64,000 nt of DNA. Source: an uncultured Aminicenantes bacterium (GTDB taxonomy: Bacteria; Acidobacteriota; Aminicenantia; UBA2199). A program made the translations under genes and the position numbers. The stretch covers positions 64,001 through 128,000 of the forward strand of contig CBDAFS010000031.1 in NCBI GenBank assembly GCA_965195285.1, in the 5' to 3' direction. Positions 59,425 to 64,000 of this stretch are shown here, one piece after another; within the stretch, counting starts at the first letter, position 1, and the number at the start of each line of letters is the position of its first letter. The notes under the pieces are model-generated. The model was given only the letters and a program-made list of their open reading frames with translations. It was not told the DNA's origin and did not search any database.

Positions 59425-59934
59425 ATGAAATATTACCGGTTTATATGGGTTGTATTCGTTATGGTTTTTCTTGCTTCCTGCGCTTCCAAGGGTGTGATGA
59501 TCAACATCACCCCTTCGGAAGTGAAACTTTCTTCCTACAAATCCCTTTGGGTGAGCGTTTCGTCTGAGACTGCCAATGAAGATGAGATGAGAATGCTGGT
59601 AGACGAAGTGGTCAAAAAGTTGAAGTCGACAACCATGTTTGAGCAAATTTCAGGTCTCGAAGATTCAGCAACTCCGCTGGATCTGCATTTGAAACTGAAT
59701 ATTGTGGATGTCATCCGGGTGAGCATGCAGGACAGGGCTTTTGCCGGAGCCATACCGGGAAAGGCGAAAATTCTGGTTGATGGGGAGCTTATCGATACCG
59801 CATCCGGGAATTCAGTCGGGTCTTTCCGGGTGGAAGGGAAATCCTCCGGAGGTTCTGTGTTTGCCGGGGATACCCGCCAGGCTATTTTGCGGGCCTCTGA
59901 AATGATTATAGAATATATTTCTATAAATCATTGA
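59425..59934 (+). CDS. Lipoprotein, DUF4410-like
   Basis: Lipobox LASC; RAFAGAIPGKAKILVDGELID pattern. Confidence 0.7.
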   Translation: MKYYRFIWVVFVMVFLASCASKGVMINITPSEVKLSSYKSLWVSVSSETANEDEMRMLVDEVVKKLKSTTMFEQISGLEDSATPLDLHLKLNIVDVIRVSMQDRAFAGAIPGKAKILVDGELIDTASGNSVGSFRVEGKSSGGSVFAGDTRQAILRASEMIIEYISINH

Positions 59935-60122
59935 TATTTGATATTATAATGGTTTGATTATTGTATTTCAGCCCTTTACCAGAAGCTCTGATATTTCCTC
60001 TATATTGCATTTGATTCACTATTCAGAGGCTACTGGATTCAAATCAAAATAGGGCAGGTAATCATCAATAGCCCCTATGTTTATAAAAATGGTTTTCATT
60101 ATCAAATAAATATATTTTTGTA

Positions 60123-60151
60123 TTGACAAAAGTAGAGATGAGAATTATCAT
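60123..60151 (+). promoter_or_regulatory. Sigma70 promoter
   Basis: TTGACA-N17-TATCAT upstream of the oxidoreductase gene. Confidence 0.7.
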
Positions 60152-60214
60152 AGCCTGTTAAGTTCCTGACAGAGACGTCAAGACTGCAAAAAAAAAATTT
60201 GAAGGAGTAAGCTG

Positions 60215-61561
60215 ATGATAAAAACCGACATTGCCGTGATCGGGGGCAGTGCAGCCGGATTGACCGCTGCTATTACGGCACGACGTCATTACCCTGATAA
60301 GAAGATCACGCTTATACGCAAAGAAAAAAAGGTTTTAATTCCATGCGGAATCCCTTACATTTTCGGAACAGTTGGGACACCGGACAAGAATTTAATGCCG
60401 GATGCGGCACTTGAGAAAAACAATGTTGAGCTTATGATAAGCGAAGCAACCGACATAAACCGGGAGAAAAAGACGATTCTCACCAAAGACGGGGAGATCG
60501 GCTATGACAAGTTGATTATTGCTACCGGTTCCAAACCGGTCATGCCACCGATTCCCGGCTTTGAGCTGGAAGGGGTCTATGCGGTGGTCAAAGACATTGA
60601 TTATCTTTCCGCCCTGCAGAAAAAGCTGGAAACCGTCAAGGAGATTGTCATCATCGGGGGCGGTTTTATCGGTATCGAATTTGCGGATGAAATAAACAAG
60701 CTCGGGGGCAAGAATGTAACCGTGGTTGAAATTGCACCCCATTGTTTGAACCTGGCCTATGATGAAGAATTCTGTGAGGAAATGGAAAATCATCTGCGGG
60801 ATCGCGGGATCAATATACTGACTTCAACTAAAGTTGAGCGTATTGCCGGCAGGGAAAAGGTCGAGAAGGTTATCTTTTCCAATGGAGATGAAATAAAAGC
60901 GGATATTGTCATCCTGGGGATCGGGTCGGTTGCCCATAACGAACTGGCCAGGAAGGCGAAATTAAGGATCGGATTGACCGGTGGGATTGAAGTGGACCGT
61001 ACCATGAAAACTTCGGATGAGCATATCTTCTGCTGCGGCGATTGTGCGGAAAAGGTGTCGTTTTTTGGTGGTAAAGCGTCGCCTCTGAAGCTGGCTTCTA
61101 TTGCTTCCCTGGAAGCCCGGATTGCCGGAGCCAATTTGTATGGGTTGCACCGGGAGAACGGAGGTACCATCGGGGTGTGGTCAACCGCAGTGGGTGATCT
61201 GGCCCTGGCCACTGCCGGGTTAACCGAAGAAATGGCCAAAATGCTCGGTTATGGTATCGTGGTGGCCAAAATCGAGGGTCCCAACCGCCACCCGGGAATG
61301 ATGCCCGGAGTCAAATTGCACAAACTCAAGCTGGTTTTTGAAAAAACCACGGGAGTATTATTAGGGGGTCAGGTATTGGGTGGAGAAAGTACCGGGGAAA
61401 TATCGAATATCATTTCTGCCTGCATTATCTCCCGTATGACGACCAATGATATTTCCATGTTCCAGGTCGGAACTCACCCGGCTTTGACATCTTCACCGGT
61501 GGCATATCCCCTGATCAATGCGGCCGAGATGGCCATCGGGCAGATGAAAAAAACCAAATAA
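60215..61561 (+). CDS. FAD-dependent pyridine nucleotide-disulfide oxidoreductase (NADH oxidase / CoA-disulfide reductase family)
   Basis: IGGSAAG, PCGIPY (redox Cys), ATGS, IGGGFIGIE, GDCA, C-terminal dimerisation domain. Confidence 0.93.
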   Translation: MIKTDIAVIGGSAAGLTAAITARRHYPDKKITLIRKEKKVLIPCGIPYIFGTVGTPDKNLMPDAALEKNNVELMISEATDINREKKTILTKDGEIGYDKLIIATGSKPVMPPIPGFELEGVYAVVKDIDYLSALQKKLETVKEIVIIGGGFIGIEFADEINKLGGKNVTVVEIAPHCLNLAYDEEFCEEMENHLRDRGINILTSTKVERIAGREKVEKVIFSNGDEIKADIVILGIGSVAHNELARKAKLRIGLTGGIEVDRTMKTSDEHIFCCGDCAEKVSFFGGKASPLKLASIASLEARIAGANLYGLHRENGGTIGVWSTAVGDLALATAGLTEEMAKMLGYGIVVAKIEGPNRHPGMMPGVKLHKLKLVFEKTTGVLLGGQVLGGESTGEISNIISACIISRMTTNDISMFQVGTHPALTSSPVAYPLINAAEMAIGQMKKTK

Positions 61562-61584
61562 ATGACCCTGTCCAGAGGTGGATT

Positions 61585-61995
61585 ATGTTAAAAATTTTAT
61601 TGATAGACGATGATTTGGATTGCATCGAGCCCCTGAAGATTGTACTGACTTCAGAGGGATTCGGGGTAGAAACAGCTTTATCTCCCCAGGAAGGAATCGA
61701 AAAGGTAAAACAGACAAACCCTGATCTGGTGGTCCTGGATGTCATGATGCCCAATGATTACGAGGGTTTTGAAGTGGCTAAGCATATACGGGAAAATTTG
61801 GGATTAAAGGAATTGCCCATCCTGATACTCTCCAATGTACACAATGTTAAAAAAGTTCCTTACCGGTTTGCCCCGGATAAGGATTTTTTACCGGTGGATG
61901 TTTTCATCGACAAACCGGTTGATCCTGATATTTTACTTGATACGGTGAATAAACTGCTTGGCGAAAAACGTGAAGATCCCAGGACCCCCCTATAG
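61585..61995 (+). CDS. Single-domain response regulator
   Basis: ILLIDDD, PDLVVLDVMMP, ILILS, FIDKP. Confidence 0.93.
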   Translation: MLKILLIDDDLDCIEPLKIVLTSEGFGVETALSPQEGIEKVKQTNPDLVVLDVMMPNDYEGFEVAKHIRENLGLKELPILILSNVHNVKKVPYRFAPDKDFLPVDVFIDKPVDPDILLDTVNKLLGEKREDPRTPL

Positions 61996-62071
61996 AGGGA
62001 ATCTGATTTCCGGCATCATTCCATTATAACCCGGTGCAGGATCACTTCAGCTGTAAAATTTCAGATTTGGA

Positions 62072-63394
62072 TTAAATTCCGGAAACCACCACGTCGGTAA
62101 ATACCAGGCTGGGTGTGCGCCAGCTGGAATAGATCCAGGGATCGTTGGCCGCTTCAGACAGTTTCTGCCAGAATTCCAGATGATTGTAAGCAATATTCAT
62201 TTCCACCACGGTTTGAACCGGTAGGCCCTTGTCAAAGAGTTTTCCGATGATGCCTACCGAGGCATCCCCGGTGATGGAGTTGGAATTACCACCGATAAAT
62301 CCGGTAATGAAAATTCCCCGGCCCAGGTCTTTCATGATCTCTGACACCGATCGTTTCCCCGGGGGGATGATAATATTGGAAGGCCGTCCGGCGGTCGGTT
62401 CCCAGCCCAGTTTCCGGCTGTAATACCAATCCAGATAAAATTCCTTTAAAACGCCCTTTTCAACCATGGTTCTTTTCTTGGCGGCAAATCCGTCACCATC
62501 ATACAAACGGCTGCCCAGGCCCCCTTGCATCAGGGGATCATCGATTAGGGTAAACCAATCGCTGCCTATTTTCTGTCCCTTTTTCTCAGCCAGGAATGAA
62601 CGTTTTTGTTGAATGCTTCGTCCGAACAGGGGAGACAAGAATCCATACATGATGCGGGGAACGTTACGGTTTTCAATGATGATGGGCAGGGTTTCGGTTT
62701 TGATTTTTTTGCCTCCCAAAAGGTCAAAGGTGCGTTTGGCTGCCACTTTTCCGATTTCCTCTGCTGGGGGAAGTCCCTTTTGATTGACCGAGGCCACATA
62801 GTTGTACCCATTGGGCCGGCGGTCTCCCTCATCCTGCATGGTTATTTCCGCTCCGGCCCAGTAAATGGTGGCCTGCCTGTATCCTTCGAAGCCGTTACTG
62901 GCCATCATGACCGATTCATAACGGTTGTCATATTCCATGGCCGTTACTGAAATTGTTTTTTCCCCGCCTTTTTTCAGGCAGGCATTTTCAATGGCCTTAG
63001 CCATTTTATGCCGTCCTTCGGCAGTCAGATTCTTATAATCCGGATCATTGATTTCCAGATCCACATTGGCTCTGCCCTGATAATATTTGGGGTCCGGCAA
63101 GATTCTGAAAGGGTCCTCGGCCAGAAGTTTGGTGGCACTAACCGCATTGGTAATAAAGGTTTTCAGCGCATTCATTCTCAAATCGGATGTCCATTGGCGG
63201 GAATAACGCTTGTTGACAAAAATTTCGACCGAGAGTTGCATTTTAGAGGCTTCTTTTATATTTTCCGGCTTCTGATTGCGGTAGCTGATTTCAACAAATC
63301 GTTCACTGTCAATATTAACCCGGCATTCATCTGCTCCGGCTGCCTTGGCTGTTTTTATTGAAAATTCAGACAAATCACACATTTCTTTTTTCAT
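62072..63394 (-). CDS. pmbA: TldE/PmbA family protein
   Basis: DDPL..GLGSRLYDGDG, GGNSNSITGDAS and TPSL motifs; downstream of tldD. Confidence 0.9.
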   Translation of the reverse strand: MKKEMCDLSEFSIKTAKAAGADECRVNIDSERFVEISYRNQKPENIKEASKMQLSVEIFVNKRYSRQWTSDLRMNALKTFITNAVSATKLLAEDPFRILPDPKYYQGRANVDLEINDPDYKNLTAEGRHKMAKAIENACLKKGGEKTISVTAMEYDNRYESVMMASNGFEGYRQATIYWAGAEITMQDEGDRRPNGYNYVASVNQKGLPPAEEIGKVAAKRTFDLLGGKKIKTETLPIIIENRNVPRIMYGFLSPLFGRSIQQKRSFLAEKKGQKIGSDWFTLIDDPLMQGGLGSRLYDGDGFAAKKRTMVEKGVLKEFYLDWYYSRKLGWEPTAGRPSNIIIPPGKRSVSEIMKDLGRGIFITGFIGGNSNSITGDASVGIIGKLFDKGLPVQTVVEMNIAYNHLEFWQKLSEAANDPWIYSSWRTPSLVFTDVVVSGI

Positions 63395-63409
63395 GGTTAC
63401 CTCCCTGAT

Positions 63410-64000
63410 TTAGGCTTTTCGCCCGCCAACCGTCATTGATTTGACCAGAACCGTAGGCATCCCAAAACCAACCGGAACTCTCTGACCGTCTTTGCCGCAA
63501 TATCCGGTACCGCCTTTGGACATCTCCAGATCGTTGGCCACCATGGTCATATTTTTCAGCATCTTGGGGCCATTTCCCATGATATTCATGTCTTTTATAG
63601 GGGCGGTCAATTTTCCGTTTTCGATCATGAGTCCCTGGGACACATAGAAGGCAAAATCTCCCTCGCCAATTTTAACCTGGCCATTGCTAACGTCTTTTAC
63701 ATAGATTCCCTTTTTAACACTCTTGATAATTTCTTCGGGTGTGGATGGCCCTGCCAGCATATAAGTGTTTCTCATTCGAGGGACTACATAGTGTTCATAG
63801 CTTTGACGGCGGCCGTTTCCGGTGGGTTTCACCTGGTAGTGTCTGGCTGAAATTTTGTCATGCATATAGCTGGTCAAAATTCCATTTTCTACCAGAATGG
63901 TTTTTTGACCCGGTGTTCCTTCATCGTCTACATTCAGTGCACCCAGTAATTTTGGAATGGTCCCATCATCGATAATGGTCACAAAGGGTTCGGCCACTTT
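63410..64000 (-). CDS. tldD: TldD family metalloprotease (C-terminal part; 5' end outside the window)
   Basis: DDEGTPGQ, TGNGRRQSY, PRMRNTY, CGKDGQRVPVGFGMPT. Confidence 0.95.
   Translation of the reverse strand, partial: KVAEPFVTIIDDGTIPKLLGALNVDDEGTPGQKTILVENGILTSYMHDKISARHYQVKPTGNGRRQSYEHYVVPRMRNTYMLAGPSTPEEIIKSVKKGIYVKDVSNGQVKIGEGDFAFYVSQGLMIENGKLTAPIKDMNIMGNGPKMLKNMTMVANDLEMSKGGTGYCGKDGQRVPVGFGMPTVLVKSMTVGGRKA

Noticed and set aside
62072-64000. RiPP (microcin-like) cluster suggested by tldD/tldE
   Set aside because: No precursor, YcaO or radical SAM genes nearby; tldDE are common housekeeping genes.

Overview
Bacterial chromosomal window of about 50 densely packed CDSs. I saw no rRNA, tRNA, CRISPR array, integrase or transposase. 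The gene families (Acidobacteria-type VWA protein, paralogous secreted beta-propeller proteins) suggest an Acidobacteriota/Aminicenantia-like anaerobe; this is inference only. Housekeeping blocks: cstA, cysC, secA-guaB, ribH-nusB-TGase-lysS-lolC/E-namZ, a PP2C phosphatase-rnc-flbD operon, a dnaJ-hspR-sigma70-DnaC-like-moxR operon, and tldD/E. Accessory pieces: an AT-rich BrnTA+VWA islet, REP-like palindromes, and a beta-propeller pseudogene with an internal deletion. The best candidate for an undescribed system is at 35.2-41.6 kb. It encodes a secreted helical protein, an ABC-2-like permease and an ABC ATPase that has lost every catalytic motif. These converge on a soluble sensor kinase and a sigma54 activator. 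Both flanks carry the same promoter architecture: three TGT-N11-ACA-type palindromes 76-79 bp apart, then a TGGAAAA-N4-TTGC -24/-12 box 90-94 bp downstream. This suggests a sigma54 feedback circuit in which a catalytically dead ABC complex acts as a receptor. Several genes also appear to be transcribed as leaderless mRNAs.
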